Source of the DNA: Octopus sinensis | Lineage: Eukaryota | Reading direction: 5' to 3' | NCBI RefSeq assembly: GCF_006345805.1 | Contig: NC_043013.1 | Span: 39,804,001-39,868,000, forward strand | Length of the DNA stretch: 64,000 nt | Part shown: positions 42,480 through 55,669 of the stretch, piece by piece | Layout: every line of letters starts with the position of its first letter | How positions within the stretch are numbered: the stretch's first letter is position 1 | The notes under the pieces: model-generated | Seen by the model: only the letters and a program-made list of their open reading frames with translations | Told to the model about the DNA's origin: nothing | Databases searched by the model: none | Position numbers and translations under genes: made by a program

Positions 42480-44398
42480 TGGATACTGACACTACCATCA
42501 AGGAGCTTGACCCACAAAGAACGTATACATACATGAGGATAAACGAAGGAGATAGTATACAACATGCTACTGTTGTGGCACTCCGTCGGTTACGACGACG
42601 AGGGTTCCAGTTGATCCGATCAACAGAACAGCCTGCTCATGAAATTAATGTGCAAGTGACTGAGCACTCCACAGACACGTGAACCTTTAATGTAGTTCTC
42701 GGGGAGATTCAGCGTGACACAGATTCTGACAACGCTGGCCTTTTGAAATAAAGGTACAACAGAAACAAGAAGAAAGAGTGAGAGAAAGTTGTGATGAAAG
42801 AGTACAGCAGAGTTCGCCACCATCCCCTGCCTCGTGGATATTTAGGTGTTTTCGCACTCACAACGGCCGGTCTGGGGATCGAAACCGCGATCCCACGACC
42901 GCGAGTTCGATGCCCTAAATACTGGGCCATTGTGTCTCCACAACATGCTACTATAAAGGAAAAAATAAGAAAGGAGGTTTACGGGAGAATAATACCCATA
43001 CTAAAAACCGAACACAACTCCAAAAATTGCATCGAAGCCATTAACAACCTGGCACTTCCAGTAGTCCAACATCATTAACTGGGATATTACAAAACTCCAA
43101 CGCCTGGATAGGAAGACAAGAAAACTACTAACATCTAAGAAATAGCACCACCCAGAAGCAGACGTTGATTGTCTGTCTAGAAGTAATGGGAGAAGAGGAA
43201 TGATGCAGGTAGAACTGTGCTATAAGACCTCCACAATAGTAATGAACAAGCACTTAAGTGGCACAGTGGACTGGATGCTGCGGCTTGTGTGCAAATACGA
43301 AAGTAGCAAAAAATCACATTTGATTGTCAAGGAAGCTTGCAAATTTGCAAGTGAACTTGGCATTAACCCTGAATTAAATGAAGAACCTGAAACCACTGCC
43401 ACGAAAATAGCAAAACGTATCTAAAGACTGCAAAAAAGAACGGGTAGAAACAAATTGAGGAGCGGTGGTACCAGAAGCCTCTGAATGGACAGCATATACT
43501 TCGAAGCCGAAAAGCTAATGTCGACCAAGCAACAACCCATCAGTGGCTGAGAAGCTTAGGATTGAAAGCAGAGACTGAAGGTTTCATATTGGCGGCACAA
43601 GATCAAAGCTTGCTTACAAAAAAAACTACCTGGCTAACGTTCTACAGAATGGCTCTAGCCCTAAATGCAGATTCTACGATAAATTTGATGAAGCAATAGA
43701 CCATCACGTCTCAGGTTGTCCTCTGCTGACACCAAACGAATACAAAATTCTCCACGATAGGGTAGGACAGTATTTACATTGGAAAATACGTAAACACTAC
43801 AAAATCAGCACTCCTGCTTACTGGTGTGACTATCATCTTGAGCCAGTCGTTAAAGGTAAAAACGTCACTATCCTCTGGGATTTTCCAGCGAACACCGACA
43901 TAACGATACAGGCTAATCGACCAGACATAGTCATTAAAGATCAGGAAGAAAATGCTTGTAGACTAATAGATGTAAGTAATCCTACTGATACAAATATATC
44001 TGTAAAGGAATTTGACAAATTAAGTAAATTTAAGGACCTGGAAATTGAAATACAAAATATGTGGCATCTTAAAGCGAGAACTGCTCCTGTTATTGTGGGT
44101 GCCCTTGGTATGATAAGAAATGGATGTCAGAAACATCTAGATTATATCCCAGGAGAACCATGTCTCAGAGAAATCCAAAAGATTTTGCTGACAAGTACTG
44201 CCCACAACCTTAGAAAAACCTTATCAATTTAAATGTAGGTATTTCGCTACATGAAGATATTTCACTACAACCCTTATCATTTGCTCTCTCGAAGTTTTCA
44301 GTCATGTTGTAACATCTCTTATCCTTCACTCACCCTAGGACGTTGGGTGTGTCTCCGTGAGTGATTCTAACAAACATGCAGATTAAAAGTAGAAAATA

Positions 44399-44451
<53 letters not shown>

Positions 44452-44465
44452 TAATAATAATAATA
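42480..44465 (+). mobile_element. R4/Dong-clade LINE 3' portion with (TAA)n tail, interrupted by a SINE
   Basis: GLKAETEGF.LAAQDQ, HDRVGQYLHWKI, LWDF, ANRPDIVIKD, PVIVGALG, TAHNLRKTLSI*. Confidence 0.9.
42572..42939 (-). mobile_element. Full-length tRNA-derived SINE with 13-bp TSD
   Basis: TSD ACAACATGCTACT at 42559-42571 and 42940-42952. A-box-like TGGCCCAGTATTTAGG and B-box-like GGTTTCGATCCC on the minus strand. Confidence 0.9.
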
Positions 44466-44596
44466 CAATCAAAACTGCTGACAAATGGTACAAGCATCAC
44501 CCTGAGGTTGTAACTGAGTGGGAAAATGTAACGATTCTTTGAGACTTTCCAGTATGTACAGACCGGTCTATCAAAGTTAATAAACCAGATAGAGTC

Positions 44597-45125
44597 ATGA
44601 AAGACCAAAACAATAAAATCTGTTTATTGATTGACATGAGCATACCTTGTGATCATAATATCTCAGCAAAAGAATTTGATAAGCTCAGAAAATTGATAAG
44701 CTATAAAGATTTGCTGACTGAAATCGAAAAGATGTGGTATCTCAAGACGGCTACAAAACCAGTGATTATAGGAGCACTTGAAATCATCAGAAAAGAAACT
44801 GAAAATTATTTGAAGATGATCCCTGGCTTACCACCCATGCAGGAAGAACAAAAGATTGTTTTAACAGATACGTCACTTGTATCATCGCTGTGAATTTCCT
44901 TTCCTTTTTTTGTCCCCTTATTTTCTTCGTTTCCTGTTTTTCATCTTTTTTCTTTTATTTTTTCTTCTTTCCTCTGTCTTTCTTCTCTTTTCTATCACAT
45001 GACTTTGTAAATGAACAATCTGATGTGTTTATTTTCATGGCCCACTAATGTATACAGTGAGTTTCTTTGCTCTAGGTGTTGGGGAGACACTTGGCAATAA
45101 ATTGAAACAAAATTGTAATAAGAAA
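44597..45125 (+). mobile_element. R4/Dong-clade 3' fragment + 3' UTR, followed by (AAT)n
   Basis: CLLIDMSIPCD.NISAKEFDK, YKDLLTEIEKMW, PVIIGAL. Confidence 0.88.
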
Positions 45126-45130
45126 AAATT

Positions 45131-45193
<63 letters not shown>

Positions 45194-45748
45194 TGCCCTG
45201 ATGCAGTACCAGGCAGTGGCTCTCATGGCTTCTGATCTTAACTGATTGGAAGTGTCATCATGTACGTTGTTTTGTCTTGGTATAAAAGATGGGCTACAGC
45301 AAATATTCTGCTCAATACCACAGATTTGCTTGTCAGTTGTTTGACCTTAACCAGTTGAGCATGTCCCTTAGTTACTGACGATATGTGCATCTCTGATCAC
45401 GAGCAGAAGTAGTGGGGGAGCATCATAGCCATGTGTTGAGAGGGATTCTTTGGAGTTTGAATAATTCACCTCTGGAAACATGGGTGGTTCTTTCTACATC
45501 CTTAAACAACCCTTATTCAGGGACCTTTTGAGCAGGATGGGCTACTCAACCTGAAGAAAATTCTAACTGGGCCCCACCTGCAAGGTCATGTGCTGTTTAT
45601 CTTGATATGAGATCACCATGTCGCGCACATATGGTTGTGATGCATGTGCCTGGTGTACCCTTATCAGACGGGTAGTCATGATGGGTATGCTGGGCTTTGT
45701 ATATTTTACCCCAGTGTCACTTTGATGGCATGCACTGCTCTCTCACTC
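45194..45748. mobile_element. ~555-bp non-coding interspersed element embedded in (AAT)n
   Basis: Full-length second copy at 49555-50112 and an internally deleted copy at 46331-46440. All three share both ends. Confidence 0.85.
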
Positions 45749-45770
45749 AATAATAATAATAATAATAATA

Positions 45771-46165
45771 ATAAAGAATTTGACAAGATCAATAAATATA
45801 AAGACTTGCTGATAGAAATTGAAAAAATGTGGCATCTCAAGGCGACTACAGAACCAGTGATTGTAGGAGCTCTAGGAATGATAAAAAAAGGTACTGAAAC
45901 CTATTTGGAAATTCTACCAGGCTTACCATCCCTACAGGAAGTGCAAAAAATCGTGTTAACTGGAACGGCTCATGTACTAAGAAGAGCATTATCGCTGTGA
46001 AAACAACCTCCATTCATGAATTTATTTATTTATTAATTTTTTAAATACATATTTTACCTGTGAATTTGCGTGTGTAATCTGTGAATGCATACAATGTGCT
46101 TCACTTCCCTAGGTGTACGGAAAACACTCGGCGAGAAACGGAAGAAAATTTGAAGAAAGAAGGAA
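45771..46165 (+). mobile_element. R4/Dong-clade 3' fragment + 3' UTR between (AAT)n tracts
   Basis: KEFDKINKYKDLLIEIEKMWHLK...PVIVGALG...GTAHVLRRALSL*. Confidence 0.9.
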
Positions 46166-46218
46166 AAATAATAATAATAATGATAATAATAATAATAATG
46201 ATAATAATAATAATAATG

Positions 46219-46306
<88 letters not shown>

Positions 46307-46330
46307 TAATAATAATAATAGTAATTCTTA

Positions 46331-46440
46331 TGCACTGATGCAGTACCAGACGCTGACTCTCATGGCTTCTGATCTTAGCTGATTGGAAATGTTATCATGT
46401 ACATTGTATAGTATTGATGGCATGCACTGCTCTCTCACTC
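46331..46440. mobile_element. Internal-deletion derivative of the ~555-bp element
   Basis: The first ~77 bp and last ~27 bp of the element are joined by a short filler. Confidence 0.85.
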
Positions 46441-46559
46441 AATAATAATAATAATTTCTTTAGTCATCACAAATGATTTACACCAGGAAAAACGTTATGA
46501 ACAGCACATAACAAAACACTGAATGTGTGTGTTCATGTGTGTGTAATTGTGTTGTTGAG

Positions 46560-49135
46560 AGGGTTTGGTGTGTAAACAGGTTTAACGTCAAAAAATACAT
46601 AACAATGTGTAATCCTCAATATGTAGGAGAAGCCGAGGCTGCTCATAGTAAAAAACTCCGTGAAACAACGGCTGCCCTGACTACTAGGGCGGGTGCATAT
46701 TCTCAGTTTCTTATCTCCGTTTTACAGGAAAATACTCGCGAGATCCTGGTTCTTCCGAAACAACACAGCGACTATACTTCCTACTCCCGGATGCCTCGGC
46801 CTCGAAGTCTTGTGGCTCAGAAATTCTGTTCTCACTAATAGCCACCTCATCAACGTTTAGTGTGAATGCACGTGACCGGGGGTCGCGTGCATTCACACTG
46901 CCTATTCTGAACAAGTCCAACATTACTGAGATAAAAATAAGTGTGAAATGGAAAGCTCACTTGGTTTTCTTTGGAGATGCAGTTTGTCCGTCCCTCCGGT
47001 TTGATTGGGGTGTTTCCACCAACAGAACACTAGGTATTCATTTGGTGATATTCCCTCGAAAGTCACCGATTTCCGTTGGTTTGTATATGTGTTTTGTGTT
47101 GTTCGAGTAATTTGTTTGTGTCTAAGTAAAGAAATTATGGGTGTAATAAAATCTGCTTGTGTTATGTTGGTGTGTGTTTTTATGTAATTCATGAAAAATG
47201 CGTCTTTTGTGTTTATTGCCATGTAGTATGTAATGGTACTGTCTTTACTTTGTGTTTGTTGTTGTTGTTGTTGAAGTTGCTGATGTTTGTTTTTGTTGAG
47301 ATTGTTGTTGTGTATGTGGGATGCGTTGTTTTTGTGGTGTTGGTGGTTGTGGTAGTGTTTCAGGTGTTTATGACAATGGTGGTAATGTAGAATGAATTTG
47401 CTGTATTTTTGCCTTGCGGCTTTCATTTTCTTTCTATTTCACTTTTTGTGTGGATGAAGTTTGCTCTTTGTCAGTTGTTGATTTGTTTTCCTTCCTGTCT
47501 TTTCTCCTTTTAGTTTTTGTCTTCCACTCTACCTCCTGATCAGACTCGCCTCACGTCATGTCTGACCGCACGGAAACGGGAAATGGCATGTCTTGTACAG
47601 GAGTTGAGAAGTGACCGGAGGAATCTATTGTTCGTATGGTGAGAATTGGTGCTTTCATAGTTGCTGCTGCTACTGTTGTTGTTGTTATTGTTGTTGCCGC
47701 TGGAAGTTTTGCTGTTTCTGTTGATGCAGCAATTTGAATTGTTGGTGATGGTGCTGTCGTTGCTTTTTTTGGACTTTGGTGACTGTTGGTGGACAGTTTG
47801 ATACTGAAAAAGAGAGGATCTCTTCTCTTAGTCCTTCAGTTGAGGAGAGAAGGCTCTTAGATGAGTGGTCGAAAGTCAGATGTGACACTTTGCCTTCATT
47901 CTTTTCACTCTAACTAGTATGATGATGCCGCCTGAAAGACGTATTTGGGATGATATCTACATTTTTCTGATTGGTTTGGATGGGGAGTTCTGCTCCCATT
48001 CCCGACCAGTTCTATATTTTGGTCTGATAGACTTCGGGGATTTTTATGTTTTCCTCGATGTTTATCGTGACCGCAGCAATTAGTTAAGGAATTGCTATTT
48101 CCAGCAGCACCTGCTGGATGTGAATCCTTGTCAGTCTCTGGCCGGAGTAATAAGAAACTAACAAGAGATCCTCGCTTTTCAGAGATTTTAGCGAATGAGT
48201 TTTCGCTTCTTCCTGTGCCTGAAATCTCACTTCCACCGTTCCATAACCCCTTCCATTTTGTATATATTTTTTTAGGTTCCAAACGGAACCTAATGCCTTT
48301 CGAATTTGAGCCTCGGTGGCTCTTTCTATCCTTTTCGATTTCAATTCAATTGTACGGCACGTCACTGTGCGACACATCCTATTTTGAATCGTGTCTACTG
48401 GGATGTTGAGTTTGACAGTTAGACCATTTCATTCGACTGTAATCTCTTCCTCGGAGAACTTTAGTATTCGAAGAGAGGACTGGATGACACTAGCGAAAGA
48501 GATACCGGTGGTTTTTAATGGCACTTGTACTGGCATGTTCGTCAGTTCTTCGTTGCCGTCGTCGTCGCCGATGTTGTTTCCTTTTGCGTCGAAACATAGT
48601 CTTCGATATTGTCTGTCAAGTCACACACGAAAGGCTTTGAATAGTGTACATTTTGTTCATCGCCGGTGTTGTTATTTGTCTCTACACTTTTTTCTCGTCT
48701 GTTGTACTTGAAAAAGAGTGTTGTTATTTTAGTTGGAGTTGTTGTTAGTGGCAGAGGTCTTTCTTGAAATGTCTGCTTAATCAATAATCTTCCTTATCAA
48801 TAATTTCAACTTGATTTCTGTTAAAAACGAACTGCACTCCTGTTAAAAACAGACTTGTCTGTTTTCCCAGATGGAGCGACATAGCGCATCGCGCACGCCT
48901 CCTCATTTATTACGATCTGGTGACGCTCCTCAATCTGCCCCCCCCCCCACACCTTCTTATAAATTGGAGCGTTAGTGATCCAGAGAAGTTTACTCCATGG
49001 ATGGACAGAAAACGAAAAACTTTTACAATGCAAACAAAAAAATTAAATCGTATCTTCTCCCCCAAGACTGCGAGACAACATACGAGAAGAAATCCAACAG
49101 TCGGCAGCAATTAACTTGTTGTCCACGGTAATACA
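46560..49135 (-). mobile_element. Decayed L1/Tx1-clade LINE: 5' UTR, ORF1, start of ORF2 (APE endonuclease)
   Basis: ORF1-like RTIELKSKRIERATEAQIRKAL...GYGTVEVRF. The ORF2 start FRIGSVNAR resembles the APE N-terminal motif. 5' boundary approximate. Confidence 0.65.
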
Positions 49136-49216
49136 AATTCCAGAAATGTACACAAAAACCTATTGTTTATAAAATCCACTGAGCTAGATCAAGCGTGGCT
49201 TGTCAAGCTGACAGCC

Positions 49217-49254
<38 letters not shown>

Positions 49255-49495
49255 GATGATGATGATGATGATGATGATAATAATCCTTTCTAATAAAGGC
49301 ACAAGGCTTGAAATTTGTGGGGAGGGGACTAGTCGAATACATCGACCCCAGTGTTTCACAGCACTTACTTTATCGACTCTGAAAGGATGAAAGGCAAAGT
49401 CGACATCGGTGGAATTTGAACTCAGAACGTAACGACGGGCGAAAAACCGCTACGCATTTCGTCCAGCATGCTAAGAGTTTTTCCAGCTGACCACC

Positions 49496-49554
<59 letters not shown>

Positions 49555-50112
49555 TGCTCTGATACAGTACCAGGCTGTGGCTTTTGTGGTTCCTAATCTT
49601 AACTGATTGGAAGTGTTATTATGTACATTGTTTTGTCTTGGTATAAAAGATGGGCTAAAGCAAATATTCTGCTCAATACCACAGATTTGCGTGTCAGTTC
49701 CTTGACCTTAACCAGTTGAGCATGTCCCCCAGTGGCTGACGATATGTGCATCTCTGATCATGAGCAGAAATAGTTGCGGAGCATCATACCCATGTTTTGA
49801 AAGGAATTCTTTGGGGTTTGGATAATTTACATCTGGAAACATGGTGTTTTGTTCAACATCTTTAAACAACCTTTATTCAGGAATCTTTTGAGCGGGATGA
49901 GCTAATCGACCTGAAGAACATTCTAACTGGGCCCACCTGCAAGGTCATGCGCTGTTTATATTGATATGAGATCATTATGTCGCGCACATACAGATGGGAT
50001 GTGATGCATGTGCCTAGTGAACCCTTATCCGACGGGTAGTCATGATGGGTATACTGGGCTTCGTATATTTTACTCCAATGTCACTTTGATAGCATGCACT
50101 ACTCTCTCATTC
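49555..50112. mobile_element. Second copy of the ~555-bp (AAT)n-embedded element
   Basis: Collinear with 45194-45748. Confidence 0.85.
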
Positions 50113-51189
50113 AATAATAATAATAATAATAACAACAACAACAACAACAACAACAACAAGGGTTTACATTAAAAATATTATGGACAGTGCAGGACAAAAC
50201 AAAGAATGTGTGTGTTGTTATGACGGTTTTAGAGTGTAAACAAGTTTAATATAATGGGGAAAAAATTTAAATTGTCAATAGAGAAGAGACGTTCGGGAGT
50301 TTTCCATAAAATATGGGTGCCCTATAATAATGATTTCAAATTTTGGCATAAGGCCAGAAATTCTGGGGGATCTATATCAATCACCTCTGTAACTACCCAA
50401 TTCTACTGATCATAATAGTTTCCTTCGGTTATAGTTTCCTTGCTGCCACAAGCACCACCCATTACACCGCCTTTCGCTTGTCATGGTTTGTCCATGTTAT
50501 TGGAGGAGAAAGCGATGAATTAAATGCATATCTCGCTTGTCGTAACTGATATACACACAGACACACACGCGCGCGTACACAAATACATTCGCAAACACAA
50601 ACACACATACACACACACACTCACAAAAGCATACACAAACTCACACTGACACAAACATAGACACACACACAAGCAAATACACACGACAGCAAACACGCAC
50701 GCACGTGCACACACATACATACACACACACACTAGTACGGTCACGTACATAAACAACTACATGCGCAAACACAAATGCACACACAAACCCGCACTCAAAC
50801 AAACACACAAACACATGCAAATATACACACACATACACAGACACACAACCACGCACGCACACACACACACCACACACACACACACAAGCACACTCATGTC
50901 CACACCCACACAGATAAGATTATGGTTGCAACCCAGAACTAAAGAGACAAAGGATTCGAGCGGAAGATAACTTGTCAAACATAAGAATTTACTTGTTTCT
51001 CCTCCGACTAAGAGCCCAGCCTTTAATATTAAGATCCTCTACTTCATTCTATATAACACACCATATCATTATATTCGGTTTTCTAGCTGCGCCAAGAAGA
51101 AAGCCTCTATATTCATCGTTTCTCCAGTTAAAAATCAGCCATTACACCACAGCTAGCATTTTTGTTTTTTAAAGATAGGAGAAATTAAA

Positions 51190-51596
51190 TAATTATTTCT
51201 GCTCTGGGCACAAGGCCTTGAAAATCTTTTGGGGGAAGGGGGCTAGTCATTTACATCGACCCCAGAGCGTAACTGGTACTTATTTCATCGTCCCCAAAAG
51301 GATGAAAGGCAAAGTTGACCTCGGCGGAATTTGAACTCAGAACACAGCGGCAGACGAAAAACCTATTTATTTACTACCCACAAGGGGCTAAACACAGAGA
51401 GGACAAACAATGATAGACAAACGGATTAAGTCGATTATATCGACCCCCAGTGCGTAACTGGTACTTAATGTATCGACCCCGAAAGGATGAAAGGCAAAGT
51501 CGACCTCGGCGGAATTTGAACTCAGAACGTAACGGCAGACGAAATACCGCTGAGCGTTTCATCCGGCGTGCTGACGATTCTACCAGCTCGCCACCT
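51190..51596 (-). mobile_element. Nested SINE family A (one head, two bodies)
   Basis: The tail of one copy joins the body of another at ~51362. Confidence 0.85.
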
Positions 51597-51776
51597 TGGA
51601 GAAATTAAATAATGTAGATCTAGACTAGCAGTTCTCAAACATTTCTTTTTTCTTATGGATCTCTTTTATTTCTATTTTACTCGGGTGGGTCTACATAGCC
51701 AGTCGTTATTTTCAAAAATCTTATTGTATTTTCATAATTAAATGTTATTCATAAATTTTAACGATAAAATCTTACT

Positions 51777-51993
51777 CGAAGGGGTGCTGAAAAGTTCCTG
51801 GCTTTGGGTAAAAGAAAATACAGTAAAATCAGTTAATTATGATTTTATCCAACATATTCCCTTCTCAGATTCACACACTTATTGCAACGGTTTTTCAGTT
51901 TTTCTAAGTCCTGTGAAAGAACTTACAAGTTTGGGTCTCCAGCCAGGCCTTTCGCGACTCTTAAAAAGCCAACAACTTTCCAGCACACCGTCG
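51777..51993. mobile_element. mariner-like MITE, 217 bp
   Basis: 28-bp TIRs (51777-51804 and 51966-51993) match at 23/28 positions. TA on the right. Confidence 0.75.
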
Positions 51994-52332
51994 TATGCCC
52001 CACTCAGGGGAATTTATGGACCCCGGCTGAAAACCACTGTGTCACACAGAAGTGGTGGTCATAGGTGGAATGCTAAAAGAGAATCATCATCAATAACAAC
52101 TAATTGTGTTTTCTTTTGTGTTTACCGTTTGTAACTTGTGTTCTTGCCAATGAGGACTGTCATCGTCTTGCTAATTGTGATTAATCGGAATCCAATAGAG
52201 ACATTGAGAAGGAATAATAAACATAGGCGCGCGTCTGTATTACTATTATTAAATATATGTACAATGTACATATATACTATTTAATTGCATATATATATAA
52301 ATATATATTATATATATATATATATATATTAC

Positions 52333-52364
<32 letters not shown>

Positions 52365-52381
52365 ACATATACATACGTAAT

Positions 52382-52444
<63 letters not shown>

Positions 52445-52481
52445 TATATATATGCATGTGTGTGTATTTGTACAAATGTAA

Positions 52482-52543
<62 letters not shown>

Positions 52544-52554
52544 GACAGACAGAC

Positions 52555-52622
<68 letters not shown>

Positions 52623-53784
52623 GCATAGACAGATTCATACTTACATATGTTCGTGCATGCACACAGGCCAGCATATATACATACATACACACATATGTAT
52701 ACACATACACACATACATACATACAGACAGACATACGTACATACGTACATACACACGTACGTACCGAAAGAATAGTGCATATTCCATATACTCGTGCTTT
52801 GTTCTTTTTTGTTGTACATGTTTCCTGATTATATATATATATATTATTTATGTTATTACATACATATATACATTCGTGCGATATTTCTTCCGACTGTTAG
52901 CGTTCTGAGTTTAAATAACAATATGGCCTACATGAGTGGTAGACTTAAAATGTCGCCTGGTTTAAGGCCTACTGCCTGGTACAACACCTGCCAACTTGCA
53001 GGTGGGAAACCTTGAAAGAAGCCTTGTCCGTTCAAAGTATTCGAAGTTGGTTTCCTTCCTGAAGGTGCCTTAGAGGCCCGCCTACTCTCTGCCCCTCTCT
53101 CCACCCCTCTCCCACTTTATGTTATATATAAATATACGTTTATGTGTTTGTGTGTTTGTATATGTGTGTGTGTATCTTTGTTCACCGGTTCGCTGTTGTA
53201 TAGCGCCCAGCGGACGGCGCCTTCATTACGCTGTATGTTAAAGCAACAGAGAGTCATAGACAGGCGAGATAACTCACCTCTTTTCTCATTCGGAAATGAT
53301 AAATAGCGATATTTCGGCCATTTTTGTGGTTTAACAACATTACGTCCCTGAATCGAACCGGAGATGAGTCGCCATGGCATACAAGTAAATGTTTTTTACA
53401 CGGTTTATATAGTCATGGACTCACGATTGGAAATGTATGTGCAGTCGATAATGTTTACAACACTAGCGTTACTTTTACTCCGTTACTGAATATATATATA
53501 TATATTCAGGACCTCGAAACCACAAGAGTAAACAAGAGAGACAGAGACAGGCAGAAACAAGGAAAATACCACTTGTATTTGAATACTATGCAAATGTTCT
53601 TTTAAAAAAACTTTTCTTTTAATTTTTCTAAATTCAATTATTTAATTGTTACAGTTGCAAAAGGCTCAATGACTGAAACTGGTACTGAAATGTTTTTTTA
53701 TAAAATTAATTTAGCATTTTCTATCGTGACTTTTTTTTTCCATATATATATATACGAGTACATATAAATACATATATATATATA

Positions 53785-54015
53785 TTGGGCTCGTGCATAA
53801 TTATTGCAGGTTTTTATTTCAACGGAAGCAATAACAATATTTAGCAAGAACATCTGTAAATGACGGTCTGACCGCCGGCCAAGCAAATGGGAAGCCGTAA
53901 TTGAAGTAGATGGTGAATATGGTCTGGAATAATCATTCAAAGATGTTTTTGTTACATCCTGTTCTTGTTTTCGTGAATAAAATTTGTTGAAAAAAGCCGC
54001 AATAATTATGCACCA

Positions 54016-54021
<6 letters not shown>
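53785..54021 (+). mobile_element. Internally deleted mariner, 237 bp
   Basis: TIRs share GTGCATAATTATTGC with TA flanks. Retains the transposase C-terminus KWEAVIEVDGEY. Confidence 0.8.
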
Positions 54022-54059
<38 letters not shown>

Positions 54060-54320
54060 GTGTGTGTGTGTGTGTGTGTATGTGTGTGTGTGTGTGTATG
54101 TGTGTGTGTGCGTATGTGTGTGTGTGTATATGTATGTAGATATATATGTATATATACTGCAGTCTTATGAAATTTTCCTATCTTAAAAGCACGAAATAGT
54201 GAGTAATAAAACAGTCGACAACTGACAAGCGAGTTATCTTCTTTTGGTAATTGTCCTGTACGTATCTCTTGTGTGTTTACGTATTTTCACTCGTTAGTGA
54301 TGACCTGTACTTAGTGTTAT

Positions 54321-54373
<53 letters not shown>

Positions 54374-54636
54374 TTGAGAGAGCAAATAAATTTGGATGAG
54401 GCACAAAAGTATATTTTCAAAAGTGTTCAATCAATATAATTGTTACTGTGATTGATTAAAATATTACCAGTTTCTATGTATCCATTGGAACTGGTTATAT
54501 TGCAAATCACTCACCGTAACAGAAATATTAAAATTTCTCTAAAACATTCTTCCGTGTCCTTTCCAAATATATTCGCCGTTTTAACCATGATTTTTTATTT
54601 GTATGGACTCTTAATCTCTTTTCAACTATATATATA

Positions 54637-54693
<57 letters not shown>

Positions 54694-54718
54694 GTATATG
54701 TATATTATACACTATACC

Positions 54719-54759
<41 letters not shown>

Positions 54760-54939
54760 TATATAATATATATATATATATATAGATATATATATATAAA
54801 TACTGAGAGATAATATTTATCTTCACTTAAACGTAGATGTTCAGTTAGAACAAACTATACTGTGTTAGATACCGTGAGAGAAATTCTCAAATAGACATTT
54901 GGTGCAAAATGGTCTTTCGTTTATATCTCTTGATGGCCC

Positions 54940-55000
54940 GATAACTGAAGAGATGCCGATGCGGATTTCCGCCTCGACATCCGAAACTCAGTGTTTTATC
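54940..55000 (+). ncRNA. Type I HHR, family 3
   Basis: GAUAA-CUGAAGA-GAUGCCGAUGCGG(AUUU)CCGCCUCGACAUC-C-GAA-AC(UCAGU)GU-U-UUAUC. Canonical core, with one extra C before G12. Confidence 0.7.
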
Positions 55001-55024
55001 ATGGCTACTGAATAATTGTCACAT

Positions 55025-55108
55025 ATTATATTTACAGATATATAAGCCTTGTGAGTGGATTTGGCAGACGGAAACTGATAGAAGCCCATCATATATATAC
55101 ATACATAT

Positions 55109-55168
<60 letters not shown>

Positions 55169-55385
55169 ATGTATATGTTTGTGTGTCTGTATTTGACCTC
55201 CACCACCACCACCATCGCCATTCCTTGACAACCCATGCTGGGGTGTTAACGTTACCGTAACTTAGCGGTTCGGCAAAACAGATCGATAGAATAAGTACTA
55301 GGCTTACAAAGAATAAGCCCTGAGGTCGATTTGTTCGACTAAAGGTGGTGCTCCAGCATGGTCGCAGTTATGAAATAAGCAGCAG
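55025..55385 (+). mobile_element. SINE family B, 5'-truncated
   Basis: Homologous to 58692-59089. Confidence 0.85.
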
Positions 55386-55669
55386 ATGAAATACATACAT
55401 ATATACAAACACACGCCTGTGTATGTATGTATGTGTAAATATATAAGTTTGTGTGTATGTCTGTGCCCGTTGTTTGAGTTTGTGTATAACATTTGGTGTG
55501 GTTGCTGGGGGGGGGAGTTTGTTAGGGTTTTTTTGTGGTTTTTTCTTCATGTTTTCTAATTTTTTGTTTGATTCTTTTCAAAAATACACTTTTATCTTTG
55601 ATGGATGGTTTTGTTCCGTTTAATCAATTCTTCACCTAAGGCCGTTGTTTCCCTTATCATTACGGTGAT

